Of a stretch of DNA of 64,000 nt, positions 12,233 to 25,132 are shown one piece after another. Both the position numbers and the translations under genes were made by a program. Each line of letters opens with the position of its first letter. The first letter of the stretch is position 1. The notes below the pieces were generated by a model. It made no database searches. It saw only the letters and a list, made by a program, of their open reading frames with translations, and was not told the DNA's origin. This DNA comes from Octopus sinensis (Eukaryota), in NCBI RefSeq assembly GCF_006345805.1, contig NC_042998.1, forward strand, positions 40,672,001-40,736,000. The letters are read 5' to 3'.

Positions 12233-13486
12233 AAGTTTCCATGAGCATCTAAACAAAAGCTCTTCTGAAACAGATGTGAACAACAGAATGTTGAATAGTA
12301 GGACAAAAACAAAACCTTGATGAACATCCAGCTATTCATGGAATTATAAGCTTAGCTTCATTATACTTTTATTTAATCGACTATACAACTTCCTAACATT
12401 TACTGGATTTATGCTAAATTAAAAGAAATCAATATTTTGAGCAAATAATCAATAGAGGAATAATGTGTTAAGTAGTATAAGTTAATTCTCTAATTGTTTT
12501 AAAATATTTATTTTATAATATTCTTTCAGTTCATTGAGAATCCACATATGAACAATAATTGCATATATTAAAGAATATGAATGCAGTTGTTCATAAAATT
12601 CATTATAAACACACATGCACAAACACATACATATTATTTAAATTATATCATAAGTATAAATTCATATAAAGAGAAAGAAATCAAATCTTCAATGTCAAAG
12701 TCATTATATCTTGCTTTGATGAATATATTTTACTGTTTCTTTATAACAAGACAAATATTTTGGTATTCATCTACAGGCATAAAGTACTAACACAAAAATA
12801 ATAACATGAATTTTTTTAATGGATGAGCATATATAAACTGTAAAGCATTGCTCAAGTGGAAATTCCATGGAGAACTGGATAGTTTTTCTTTTTCAGTGTA
12901 ACTTTTTGAAACAAATAAAATCTATATCTTGAGAACAGCACACTAAAAGCATGCTGCTTTTTTGCCAAAAACACAAAGAGGAAAACATAGCATGCTGTAA
13001 TTAGATCTTGCTTATCTTAAAAGATACATACATCATTAGGGCTCCAATTACATAATTTGATGGGTATTTCTAAAAATCATGTAACCACTAGGGAAATTTT
13101 ATACTAAATAGATAAATTGGCATATTTGATTTATGTGAAGGTTTATTAAGATTATATTGTGCAGTAACATATTCTTGAGATTTTCGTTGAAATAAAAATA
13201 AAGGAATGTAGAAGGATTAGACTTTTAACAAAGTGGTGGGGAAAAGAGTAATGCTGGGTAAAAAATTGTTTTGCTATTCTGAATAGATTATATGAGCAGC
13301 TAGCTGCATATCACCAACGAAATGGAAAAGCTAAATTACTATGGTTAGTAAACTTGTGTACCATGATCTAAGATACAGCATTTAGAAATGTCTCATTGAT
13401 ATCTCATTATCAAACATAAATCAAATTATATTGCATAGTTTAGATTTAAAATGTAGATTTTTAAAGGCTATGCATAATATAATATA

Positions 13487-14625
13487 TAATGAAATTATTG
13501 TATACAGTGCTCAGGTGCACCACAACTCGTCAAAAGTGAGTATAAAGCATATGCAGTAATGTGCAAATGTCTGGGAAGTGAACAGTGTATGAGTCAGATA
13601 CATGCTTGCATGTGTATGGAGGGGAGAAAATCAGATGTAGTGTTGGCAAATCTCAGAAAGCATGGAAGTTTTGAAGGATGCAGTGCTCCGATAACTAACA
13701 ACTGATGCTGGCAGTTTGTTCCATGCTTCAGCAACTCTTAGCATGAAAAAATGTTTCCAAAAGTCATGGGAACTGTGCTGTTTTCTGATTTTGTAAACAT
13801 GTCCACGGGTGTTAGACAGGTGGAGTTTGAAAAGGTGCTCAGAGTTATTGTTTGTAAGATGGTTAATAATTTTATGGGTGTCTGCCAAGTCAGCTGCCAG
13901 ATGTCGGAATTTCAATGTGTCCATCCCCAGGGAAGTAAGGCGTTCAGAATATGACAAATGCCTTATGGAGCGTATTCTCTTGGTTGTACATCGCTGAATG
14001 GTTTCCAGACGATTAATATCCTGGGCAAGATAAGGGTTCCAGACCGGTGATGCAAGTTCCAGGTGAGGCTGCACAATAGCTATATAAAGCCTCAGATAGA
14101 TAGCAGGAGAGCGGCTCAAAAAGGACTTGGTAAGTGATGCCAAGACACCTTCAGCCTTCTTGGCAATTTTAGCAATGTGTTTTGCATATCATTATACACT
14201 TAAATAAGCTTCCATGAACACACTGTCACATTCAGGAGTATACAATTACAGATACCTACACACATTACAAATATCTATGAGTTTTTATGCATACATACAT
14301 CCCTGGACTAATTCATGGTTGGCCTCTTGGCAAAGCCTAACACCTGGTAACTACAGAAAGGTTACAATGAAATCATGGGATGCAGCATGGTGGATGTGAA
14401 CTATTTCAGCTGATGTTTTTACTGAGTCAATGGTGGATATCACTAGATGCTGAGTGGATGAGCAATCAACAAACCAGGATCAACCAGTTCTGTTTGTGAA
14501 CTACTGCTATCATCTGTAGTTGTGGCATGCTTAGATGAGACATTCAGCTATTGAAAGAGCAATGTGACTTATTGGTCTGGGCAAGTTGCCCAACTAGATG
14601 CTGATGCATACATATTTCTGTTTGA
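13487..14625 (-). mobile_element. CR1/jockey-like LINE 3' portion (RT C-terminus and 3' UTR)
   Basis: ORF 13631..14143 reads LYIAIVQPHLELASPVWNPYLAQDINRLETIQR...FFMLRVAEAWNKLPASVV...SFK. Confidence 0.9.
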
Positions 14626-15404
14626 GCTTTTACAGATTTCAGTTTTATAATATTCATGTGTCATAGGATATTCAAATGTTCATCGCCGTTACCCTTATAT
14701 AAAATCAAAGGAGAGGAGAAATTATAAAGGAAGTTATGTCTATCTTATAGAAGATTGCATATAAAATCAATTGTTGAAGTTTTAGTATATTTTTAGAAAA
14801 TTTATCAGAATTTTGAGCAAAATCAAAAGCTCAGTATCATCAATTGTGCAACTATATAGCCTTGAAAATATGAAATTTATTAGAAGAATTTGTATGACAC
14901 TGTGTAAAATTTAAATGCATATGCTTTGTTTATGGTAACAAATGAAAGGAGACTTGTTAGATATTAAGTTACCAAACTTAAGGCATATAAAGTTTTGAAA
15001 TATTGTGTTATCCAAACAATTTCAGAGTATTTGTAGCAGTGAAATAGCTCACCAGCCCTATTACTGTTGAAAGTCAATATCAATTTATATTACAGTTTTT
15101 CAGTAATTTTGAAGGAATAACTTTTGTATTGGCAATTCTGGTAATGTATTGTCAACCAGATAATATAAGCGGTGTTGAAGTGTTACATCATGGTATGTCA
15201 GTAGAGTATTGGTCAACAGACCAAAAGCTATACAGATTTTATCCAGTCTTTATTAATGTACCGTAGGCCCTCGACTTCTGATGATGTTGAAGGGGTGCTA
15301 TCATAACATATGATGTGTTTTGAAATTTATAAATCTGATAGAGCTTATTCTTCTCCAGATTTGACCATAGCAGATTTTATTTTTCTAAAGTGAGAGAGAA
15401 AAAT

Positions 15405-15550
15405 TAATTCTTGTACTGGACTGTTATTTTATCAATCACAAGTAGATAAAAAGCAAAGTTGATTTCTGTGGGATTTGAACTCAGACTTTATAGAGTCAGA
15501 ACAAATACCTCAAGGCATTCTATTCAATGCTTCTACGACTGCCAATTCAC
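15405..15550 (-). mobile_element. SINE fragment (family B)
   Basis: gcaaagttgatttctgtgggatttgaactcaga...ctgccaattcac is a reverse-complement family B head. Confidence 0.6.
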
Positions 15551-16106
15551 TGTCTCAAAACCTAAAACAGGAAACACTTGCTGGCTTAGTTTTTAACCTC
15601 ACCACATTATTTATCTTTCATTCTAATTAACTGGAATTCTGGTTATGTCAACTCCTTTAAAAAAAAACAGTTCTTTTTGCCTCAATTTTGAGTTGTTGTC
15701 TTTATGTTTGGTATAGTGAAGCATTGTTTGGTAATATTTACCCCCTTTTAATATGGCTGTAGTCTAGATCAATTTAAATTATCATGCACACAACTTTAGG
15801 TATGCTAGTGCTTCAGTTTGTTAAAAGATATTGTGAGGCAATTCAGTTCACAACTGTGAGATGATAGTATAACTGAAAAAAATAGACGTGTTTTGAGCTC
15901 AAATCCTCAAATAAACAAAATGATTTATTAAAACTTCTAAATTAAATAAAATATCCAATCTATCATATAAGGTCTTCAGCCACTGTTGAATAGATAGTGT
16001 TTTTTTAACCAAAATTCACTGTAAATTGGTAACTCCAAGGCTGATCATTCACAGACTTTTTTGAGTTAATATATTTATTTTATTGATCAATCAAAAAGGA
16101 AATATA

Positions 16107-16280
16107 TATCATCATCATCATCGTTCAACGTCTGCTTTCCATGCTAGCATGGGTTGGACGATTTGACTGAGGACTGGCGAACCAGATGGCTGCACCAGGC
16201 TCCAATCTAATCTGGCAGAGTTTCTACAACTGGATGCCCTTCCTAACACCAACCACTCCGAGAGTGTAGTGGGTGCTTAT
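16107..16280 (-). mobile_element. RTE-related 3'-end repeat/SINE with (ATG)n tail
   Basis: catcatcatcgttcaacgtctgctttccatgctagcatgggttgg...ctggatgcccttcctaac. Related copies lie at ~29670, 31235, 32000, 33560, 45900 and 47075. Confidence 0.75.
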
Positions 16281-16995
16281 ATATTTTTGAAATCTGAATT
16301 TGAGACACATAAAAGTGTTTTTTGGTCTTATTCACATTGGGTTTCAACTTCACTAGAACCAGTTCAGGCATATGACTGAAGCCATAATGGCTCTAAAGAA
16401 AAATGTAGTAAATTCACTGGTAAAAGTCACTTTCGTATATGACAATTATACTTAAAACAAATACCATTCATTATGTTTTGTTTGCATTTGTTGGGTAATC
16501 ACTGGATATTTAAGATTATAATCATTTGATGATGAGGTAATTAGGTTAGCTGACAGCAGCCATAAAATGTGAAGAAGTCCAAGAAATTATTTGTGTGTAC
16601 GCATATGTGACTCTATGGGAGAGAGAAAGTGATGTGGGGGAAGAAAACAGCAGTCTATCTGTTAGTCATTAAAACTAAGTCACAGGAGAACATGAGTAAT
16701 GACCAAAACCTAGAAGCAGTAAAGTTTGGAGTTGATCCTTGTCTAAGTCTGGGTGTCTGTATTAATGTTAGTACACACTGTTGAAGCAGCAAATGTTTTC
16801 TACCTACTTTGGTTGTCTTTATTATTCTCAGCACTACTGATGAGCTAGTCAGCTACTAAATAGCTTTAACTGTATCAGAGAAGATTAGATTTAACTCTTC
16901 TGCCACTATTAGAAGAGAATTTCTCTTTGTGTATATGTAGATCTCTGTTTGTTTAACAAATTACTTACGTACATACAAACATGCATACATATATG

Positions 16996-17028
<33 letters not shown>

Positions 17029-17036
<8 letters not shown>

Positions 17037-17100
17037 ATATTTCGGAATGGTCATTTATTGGCTAAACTGGCAAAATGACCATTCCGAAATATAACAATAT
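17029..17100. repeat. Perfect 28-bp inverted repeat with a 16-nt loop
   Basis: atattgttatatttcggaatggtcattt (17029-17056) and aaatgaccattccgaaatataacaatat (17073-17100). Confidence 0.95.
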
Positions 17101-17153
17101 CTGTTTCAACACACGACTTCGCATAAAAAATCTTGCACAACAAATATTTAAAC

Positions 17154-17218
<65 letters not shown>

Positions 17219-17279
17219 GTTTATGTGTGTGTATATATATATATATGTATACACACACACACACACATATATATACAGT

Positions 17280-17583
17280 CTTCAACTATAGCCTTGAGCC
17301 GACCAAAGCTTTGTGAGTGGATTTGGTAGGTGGAAACTGAAAGAAGATCGTCATATATATGTATGTATGTATATGTTTGTGTGTCTGTGTTTTTCCCCCC
17401 ACCTTTGCTTGACAGCCAATGTCGGTATGTTTATGTCCCCATAATTTAGCAGTTTGGCATAAGAGGCCAATAGAATAAGTTCTAGGCTTACAAAGAACTT
17501 GTCCTGGGGTTAATTTGTCCGACTAAAGGTGGTGCTCCAGCATAGCCACAATCAAATGATTGAAACAAATAAAAGAGTAAAAG
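17280..17583 (+). mobile_element. 5'-truncated family A SINE
   Basis: actatagccttgagccgaccaaagctttgtgagtggatttgg...ggtgctccagcatagcc...aaaagagtaaaag. Confidence 0.85.
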
Positions 17584-17589
17584 ACTTTA

Positions 17590-17649
<60 letters not shown>

Positions 17650-17759
17650 TTATTCTGCTTCCCATTTGTTTCTCTCGTTTGCATATTGAGCTCATTTGTT
17701 TTCATATTTCATGTTGTTTACTTTTGGTGACGTCCTGTACCCATATACGTATGTGTATG

Positions 17760-17794
<35 letters not shown>

Positions 17795-18452
17795 CTATTA
17801 TTTGATTGAAAGCCATGCATCCATTTCCAAGTAAGTATATATATATATAAAATAAAAATCAAGAAAATGGAGATGGTAAAAATGTAAATTAATTTATTAA
17901 CATAGTTCCACGGTAAAAATTGAATCCAAATAAATTTTGAAAAAACCTACATCTGTTTCGATTCCATAATAAATGCATAATTTCAAGAATTAGATTAAAT
18001 TGAATGTTGAGAATTAATGATCATTTTGAATAATAGAGAATAGAATCTCTTTGGTTTTTATTTTGTTTTTTAACAATGGAGATTACATGCTTATGAAAAA
18101 AATCAAGTTAATGTTTATCTTATATATGGAGTGTATGTACATATATGCTAAGAATATCATACAAATAAACAAAAAATTATAACTGTATAGAATATAAATA
18201 AAGATAACAATAATTAAGATAAAATAAAAAATAAAATAAAATATAAATAAAAAATATTGTTTTTACCTTGGGACTATGTTAATAAATTAATTTATATCTT
18301 TACCAACTCTCATTTCCTCAACTTTTATTGAATAATGCTTATAAAAATCCCATACATATCATTTAGACTTTCCTCGAACGAGTTGTGGATTAAACCAGTG
18401 CAACTTTTGGATATATTAATCCCTTATGAGGATAAGACATCCTCGGATTGAC

Positions 18453-18517
<65 letters not shown>

Positions 18518-18590
18518 CGTGTTTGGATTTGGTTTGCAGGATTCTTTATGTGAGTTCATGTGTTGAAGCATATTCTGTTGTGTCTGGGGA

Positions 18591-18838
18591 GAGTCATTCT
18601 CTTTTGGTGCCTTATAATTTAACACACTCACTGGTAAAATTTCCACTTATTTGTTTTCTATTTTTTTTATTTTTCTAAAATTTTTGTTGTCTTGCAACCT
18701 TTTCAATAGAGCCAAGACTATTGAAAAGGTTGCAAGACGCAATGAAAATTTTAGAAAAATAAAAAAAAGAAGAAAGAAATAAGTAGAAATTTTACCGGTG
18801 AGTGTGTTAAATTATAAAGCACCGAAAGAGAATGATTC
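18591..18838. repeat. Long imperfect palindrome (~120-bp arms, 8-bp spacer)
   Basis: The arm 18591-18709 ending ...ttgcaaccttttcaatag is followed by spacer agccaaga and then the arm 18718-18838 starting ctattgaaaaggttgcaag. Confidence 0.9.
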
Positions 18839-18887
18839 ACTCTGCAGACACAATAGTATATATATATATATATATATATATATACAA

Positions 18888-18927
<40 letters not shown>

Positions 18928-18984
18928 CCATGTATGTATGTATTTTGCTATATGTGTATGCTGTGTATGTATAGTTCCAAGGCA

Positions 18985-19280
18985 CATCTCACAGATGCTC
19001 TGGGATGCATCATCATTGTTGTTCCTGGAGTCTTAGTTGTTGATTTTGCATCCATTTTATCCAACGTTATCAAGTGACTTTTTCTGTATCCTAGATGATA
19101 GAATATATGACCCATTACCAACTTTTTACTGCACCAGTAATTCCAAGCCCCATCCGAGCTTTGCAGGGTGAATACTCCACAAAAGCCTAGCAGTTCTTCT
19201 TAAATTCACTTGCCACATACCTGCCAAACCTTGAATTCTGTGCTGTTCTGTCAGCTCCTGGTATTTGGCAAGCTTTCCTT

Positions 19281-19290
<10 letters not shown>
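18985..19290 (-). mobile_element. Hero/NeSL-like RLE non-LTR retrotransposon 3' fragment
   Basis: The minus strand reads KGKLAKYQELTEQHRIQG...LLGFCG, resembling the RLE tail RKLAKYQELVE.CR..G. A 3' UTR-like actccagg...atgatgatgcatcccagagcatc follows. Confidence 0.5.
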
Positions 19291-19312
<22 letters not shown>

Positions 19313-19632
19313 TTTTTAATCAACTGTGAACGTAAACAAGTGGCTCATGGGCCAAAACATTCATATATATATATATATATATCTTTTATTAAACTTTTAA
19401 TACTTTTGATATTTAAAAAAAAAAAAATAAATAAATAAATTAATTAATAAATAAAATAATATATAAATATAAAAATATACATACATACATATATATATAT
19501 ATTTGTATATATATATAAAATTTATAAGTTTAAATTATTTAAATAATTTTTTATTTTTGACTTTTATATTTTGAAATTAATTTTATGTATTGGGTTATGT
19601 TTTTCACTGTTTGATTTGCCTAATAGTGGTTT

Positions 19633-19845
<213 letters not shown>

Positions 19846-20373
19846 TAATAAAACGAATGATTTATACCTGGTAGCTTACTGGTAAAGCAAGGTCACTTTC
19901 ACAGTGTTCGTTATGTATTTGGTTAATGAGAGATGGAAGAAGGAAGATACGAGAATTTTCATTTATCTCTACAATTGTTTCAACCCATCTAGCACCAATC
20001 CCCCATGGATAGGATATTTGACAACTAGTTCAAGAGCATCCAATGGTGCAGATGTGCCTCTTCAGATGATAAATAGATATAAAATAACAGTTCTGCAATG
20101 TATCTTCTCAGTTCGTGTAAAGAAAAGCAGCAAATTAAAGGATATATCTGCATTTATATAGAAGATCAATAATAAATTAACAGATACGAAGAAGAAACGA
20201 ACACACATTACAGCGAAAAAATGTATTAAATATTACCATTAATGGATATGGATGTATAAACGCCCTCACATAGGTTGTATGGTGCATATGCATTCACTCA
20301 TACAAGCATCCCCGATGATGTAGGCATGCGCACATGTGTGGTTCACATAGTAAGTTAAATAGCTACTTCATGT

Positions 20374-20436
<63 letters not shown>

Positions 20437-20540
20437 TATATGTACATATACATATATACATACATGCATACATATATATGTATACACATACACACATATA
20501 TATATATGTATATACATACATACACACACACACACACACA

Positions 20541-21391
20541 TACAGGGTGCAATGAATATGCTGTTGTCTAAATTATGCAAAAATGAAAATAACAGACATC
20601 TCATTTTAACAGATATATTTACCAAAATTACATAAATTTATCTTGTAATACTGAGGAGTAAATTTATTTAATAAAATCGTCATTACCTTCAACCACGACC
20701 TCCAGACGACTTTGGAATCTTCTGTAACTCTTCTGGATGGTCTCCTTGTTTAAGTTGGTGAATGCTGCCATAATCCTTGCCTCCAGTTCATCTTTGGTAT
20801 TACAAGCAGTTTTGTTGGTCTCTTACTCAACTGAACCTCACACATAATAATCAAGGAGGTTGCAGTCTGGGTAGTTAGGTGGTGAGATGTTAGGGGTTAT
20901 GTGGTCACAGAAATTGTCTGACAGTCATGACTGGGTTCTCCTGGTTGTGTGGCATGGTGCAGTGTCCTGTTGCCAGATATAGGGTCTTCCAGCAGCCACC
21001 CTCTTGACTCAGGGCAGCACTACCTCCTCCAAGCACTTGACGTAGGCCTACATGTTGAGTCTGAGACTGTGTGAGAAGATGAACAGAGGCATCACTAGTG
21101 ATCACTCCAAACACCATGATGTTGACTGGATATTTGATTTTTATCTCTCTCGGTACATGTCCTCAGATTGACACCCAACATTCTATAATGTTCATATTGG
21201 GGCTTTGGCACAAATGCCAAGCACTACAGCATATTGTTTCCAAATTTCTGGTAGAGTGAATTGCGTCATATTGCTACTTTTCTCACAGACAGTGCCCAAT
21301 GGATACTGTGTAGTTGACAAAATCAAAAACAAAGAATGCACATGCACAATATTATATATTAAATGGTGACTATTTACCCATTGCACATAAT
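20541..21391 (-). mobile_element. Internally deleted maT-like (Tc1/mariner superfamily) transposon
   Basis: The end is tacagggtgca. The minus strand encodes VFGVITSD and a C-terminal NTKDELEARIMAAFTNLNKETIQK. It is homologous to 49291-50589. Confidence 0.85.
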
Positions 21392-21604
21392 ATCTTCAGA
21401 GGGAAAAAGATATACCTCATCCATACTTCATGTACAAACCTGGCTAGGGTAGTATTCCAATAGCTGATGAGAGATTGGTTATATCTCAATTACTTGCAAA
21501 GGGAAGCACTTTGCAAATTCAAGGTATGATCCAGTAGGCATAATATAAACCTCACAGAGTGAATATTATTAATAAAGCATTTACAATATTCTTACTGTGT
21601 AATT

Positions 21605-21965
21605 TCTCAGCAATTGGACACATTAAAGCTCAGATGTCTGGCAATTGACTTGGTATACACCCACAAGATTATCCATCATCTTCCTAACAACGTCCATGGG
21701 CACCTCTTTGAATTCCATATGTCAAATACTCATGGAAATGCTTACAAAATCAAAAAGCAACACAGCACCCATGACTTTTGGAAACAGTTTTTCACATTCA
21801 AAATCGATGAAGCATGGGATAAACTCTCTGCATCAGTTCTTAACTGTCGAGGCACTGCATCCTTCAAAACTTCCATGCTTCCTGAAATTCGCCAACAGTA
21901 CACCTGATGCCCCTATTTTTCTTTTTTTGTAATGCACCTGAGTACTGTTTACAACAATTTAATAA
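21605..21965 (+). mobile_element. CR1/jockey-like LINE 3' fragment
   Basis: ORF 21614..21907 aligns residue by residue with the C-terminal half of ORF 13631..14143. Confidence 0.9.
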
Positions 21966-22479
21966 TTATTTTAATTTAAATGAGGTAAAAAGAATTTACA
22001 TTGATGTCACAATGAAATGATTGTAATAATGAATTCTCTTTTGCTTATTTAAATAACACACACACACATGCACACATGCACGCATGCACACACACACATA
22101 CATATGTGAGGTGTATAGGAAAAAAGGTATGTGTGTGTCTAAAAATATATGTATGTATATGTATGTATATATATTTGGGAACAGAACAGACACAAGGGAA
22201 AATGAGAAGGCAAAAAAGGAGAAACAACAAACATATTCAAGTAGATGCAGCAATGAAAAAGGACATTTAATAAAACCACTACCAACGTTAATAACAGCTC
22301 AAGTGTGGGCACAGCAGTGACTATATGTCAAGATTAGATGGTCCCCACTCATGCTCCTCTCTATAGTCATGACTATAACTCCTACCAAGTCCTTGGTACT
22401 ATAGTGTAGCAGGCTAATCCTGTCTTCAGCAATGTTACTGACCAAAAACTGTCCAAAAAAATAAAAATGCAAAGAGCCA

Positions 22480-22790
22480 ACATGATGTTGCAGGTCATGT
22501 AATCACACAACCATTTCTGGTCTTGCTGGACATAAATTGCCATTACGACTTGTACTTGATGTCCTCATGCACCACATATCTGATAGTAGGCTCCACTACC
22601 TTGGGTTGTTTGGTGATAGCTCTCATTGACCAACAGAGATTGTCTGTGCTAGACCTGTTGGAGGAACTTGGTCATTTTGACAATGCCTGGCCATTGAGGA
22701 CACTTCTTTCTCTTGATCACAGAAGCCACATTCTTGCTTGAAGCCTCCAGCACTTCCCCGATGTTGAATATGAAGGATCAGGCTACATTC
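22480..22790 (-). mobile_element. maT-like transposase fragment
   Basis: gtcctcatgcaccacatatctgat (minus strand: YVVHEDIKYKS) is homologous to ~50120-50250. Confidence 0.6.
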
Positions 22791-23559
22791 AAGAAGCTGT
22801 AAATCCCTCAGTTGCTGTGTTTGGTGACTAGAGCCAGGAGTATGGTCTGCTTTTTCCTTTTCTGTGTTATATTGGAATCTGTTATACTGATGCTATCAAT
22901 ATATCTGAAAAAAAAAAAAATGAGTGAGTTAAAATTTGGCACAAACCTTGTAATATTGTATTAGATCATCTTCTATTTAAGGCTTACTAAAGTTTGTTTA
23001 TGAATTCTTGGCACATCCTGTATATGTGTTACATGTGTGTATATGTAAGTGGGCATCTGTTAAGCTATTTATGTATCTATGTATACATGTATGTATATGT
23101 GCTAAAGTGACAGTAGAAACATTTCTTTTCCAAATAAAACAATGATAATTAGCCCTCAGAATCAGATATATTTCAAGCAAACAGAAAATAAATATGCTTT
23201 CAATTAGAAAGATAAATGAGGAAAAAACTCATTTTATGGATAACTTTAAGAACATTCAGTATAAGTAATGTGTTTCAGAAAAAATATAGAATGTACGGCA
23301 TACTTAAAAGCTTATAATTTGGAGCAATCGGAGATTTACTAATTTGAAAAAATGTGAGTTGATATATGAACACTATCTACACATAGACATATATGTACAG
23401 ATTTGCACACACTTACACATATGTATATATGTACAGATTTGCATAAACATAAAAATAATGTCATATTAGTTTGCATACACATGTACATACATAGAAAACA
23501 TTCACAAGAAAGTGTATACAGTGCTAATAGACAAATTACCAAGAAAATTCAGTTCATTT

Positions 23560-24560
23560 TATACAACTAATTAGGGGCGTGCCAATTATGAATTGCAAAG
23601 CTTGGTGAAATGATTTACTATGATTCCAACAGATTAAGTACTATTAGTTGTCAAATTCAGATCGGAGAAAGATTGAAGTCTCCAGAACACTCAAAAATAC
23701 CAACTGATAATATCATGGAGATACTAACACTGTTTTTAAGAATGGCTACATTCCAAATTGAAAAAGAAATATATAAACAATACTCATGGATTCACCATTA
23801 TCACAATAATGGCTTTCATCTGTACACAATATTTTAAAGACTTAGCTCTTGAAAGTTTAAGACAGAAACCTACAGTTTTGTTAGAATGCATGGATAACAT
23901 CTTTGTTCTCAGACAACACAAAGATGTCCAAGTTCTTGTAGATTATATACACTTACTAAATACTTCAGTCCAGGAGAGGGAAAGCAATAACAAACTACCA
24001 TTATTTTATGTACTAGTGCAAATGACAAGTATCAGAATAAAAATGTACAAAGAGCCAATAGCTACTTGACTCTTGTTACCTTATGAGTTTAACCAATCAA
24101 ACAATCTTAAGGTAGGAATTGCTAACTGTCTCAAATATCAGGTAAAAACGACCTCCATCAGTGTATTAGCTTAAATAGAAGAAACGAATCACGTAAAGCT
24201 ATATTTCTGAAAGACAAATAATGAGTCTTGCTTGAAGTCCACAGTCACTTTCAAGTACAAAGTAATGATTATACTAAAATCTACTATAGCTCTATCTTCT
24301 TATTAGTGTCTGAGAAAATTCAGAGAATCTGCAACAAATACATAGATAAGAACTGTGTTCAAACTAATACCCTACTGTACAGATTCTGTCTTCAACCAAA
24401 GCTATTTTTGAACATAAGAATAGTAGCTATAATTTCCTATCCAATGCAGAAGGTCTTATAAAGAAGAAACTAGACAGTCTCTGATGGTTAAAATAGAAAA
24501 ATACCAGAACACTTTAAATGAGGAATGGCTAAAGGTACATAAGTAAAGAAAAAAAAAACA
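23560..24560 (+). mobile_element. Penelope-like reverse transcriptase remnant
   Basis: Across frameshifts it reads TFQIEKEIYKQ..MDSPLS.IMA...LALESL...MDNIFVL...ERESNNKLPLFYVLV, matching PLE RT motifs MGSPLS, DDIF and LPFLDV. Confidence 0.75.
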
Positions 24561-25132
24561 ACATATCTTGATGGAATGAAATTTCTTTAGCAGATAGAGA
24601 ATCAAAACAGAAACTCAGAAAGCTCAAAGAAATTAGTATGTCCTGTATTACTATAATTTCAATATGGTTTTCTTTACTGAAGGATAAATATAAGTAACCT
24701 CATATTGTATCAATAGCTGAACATATACCAGTGGCTTAGCAGATTAATTATAAATAAAAATTCAAAGTTCAAATCCAGTTTGGGACTAAGACACCTAATG
24801 ATGACTGTCTGATAGAACTGATTGAAGCATAACACAGATACATCATAAATAGTATTCAGCGGTAATATACACATTGAACCAGTCTGTATTGAACTTATAG
24901 ATGAAACTATTAGAAAGCATTATAAATAATGTTTCTTTGATTTGTCAGGATTTCCACTGGCACTCAATTATAAAAATTCCATTGTAATATATTTTCATTG
25001 TTATATCATATATATTCAGCAATTCTATTGTAAACATATACTTTAAAGATGAGGATAACATTCAGAAAATTATAATTTTAATGAATATTTTCCAGCATAT
25101 GTACCTCATTGGAAAATAAAATTTTATGAACA

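Noticed and set aside
16847-16870. ctgatgagctagtcagct resembling a hammerhead core with a stem
   Set aside because: GAAA and the cleavage triplet are missing.
22480-22905. Very strong minus-strand acceptor (poly-T cag) near 22905
   Set aside because: Frames close quickly and run into a maT fragment; no donor was found.
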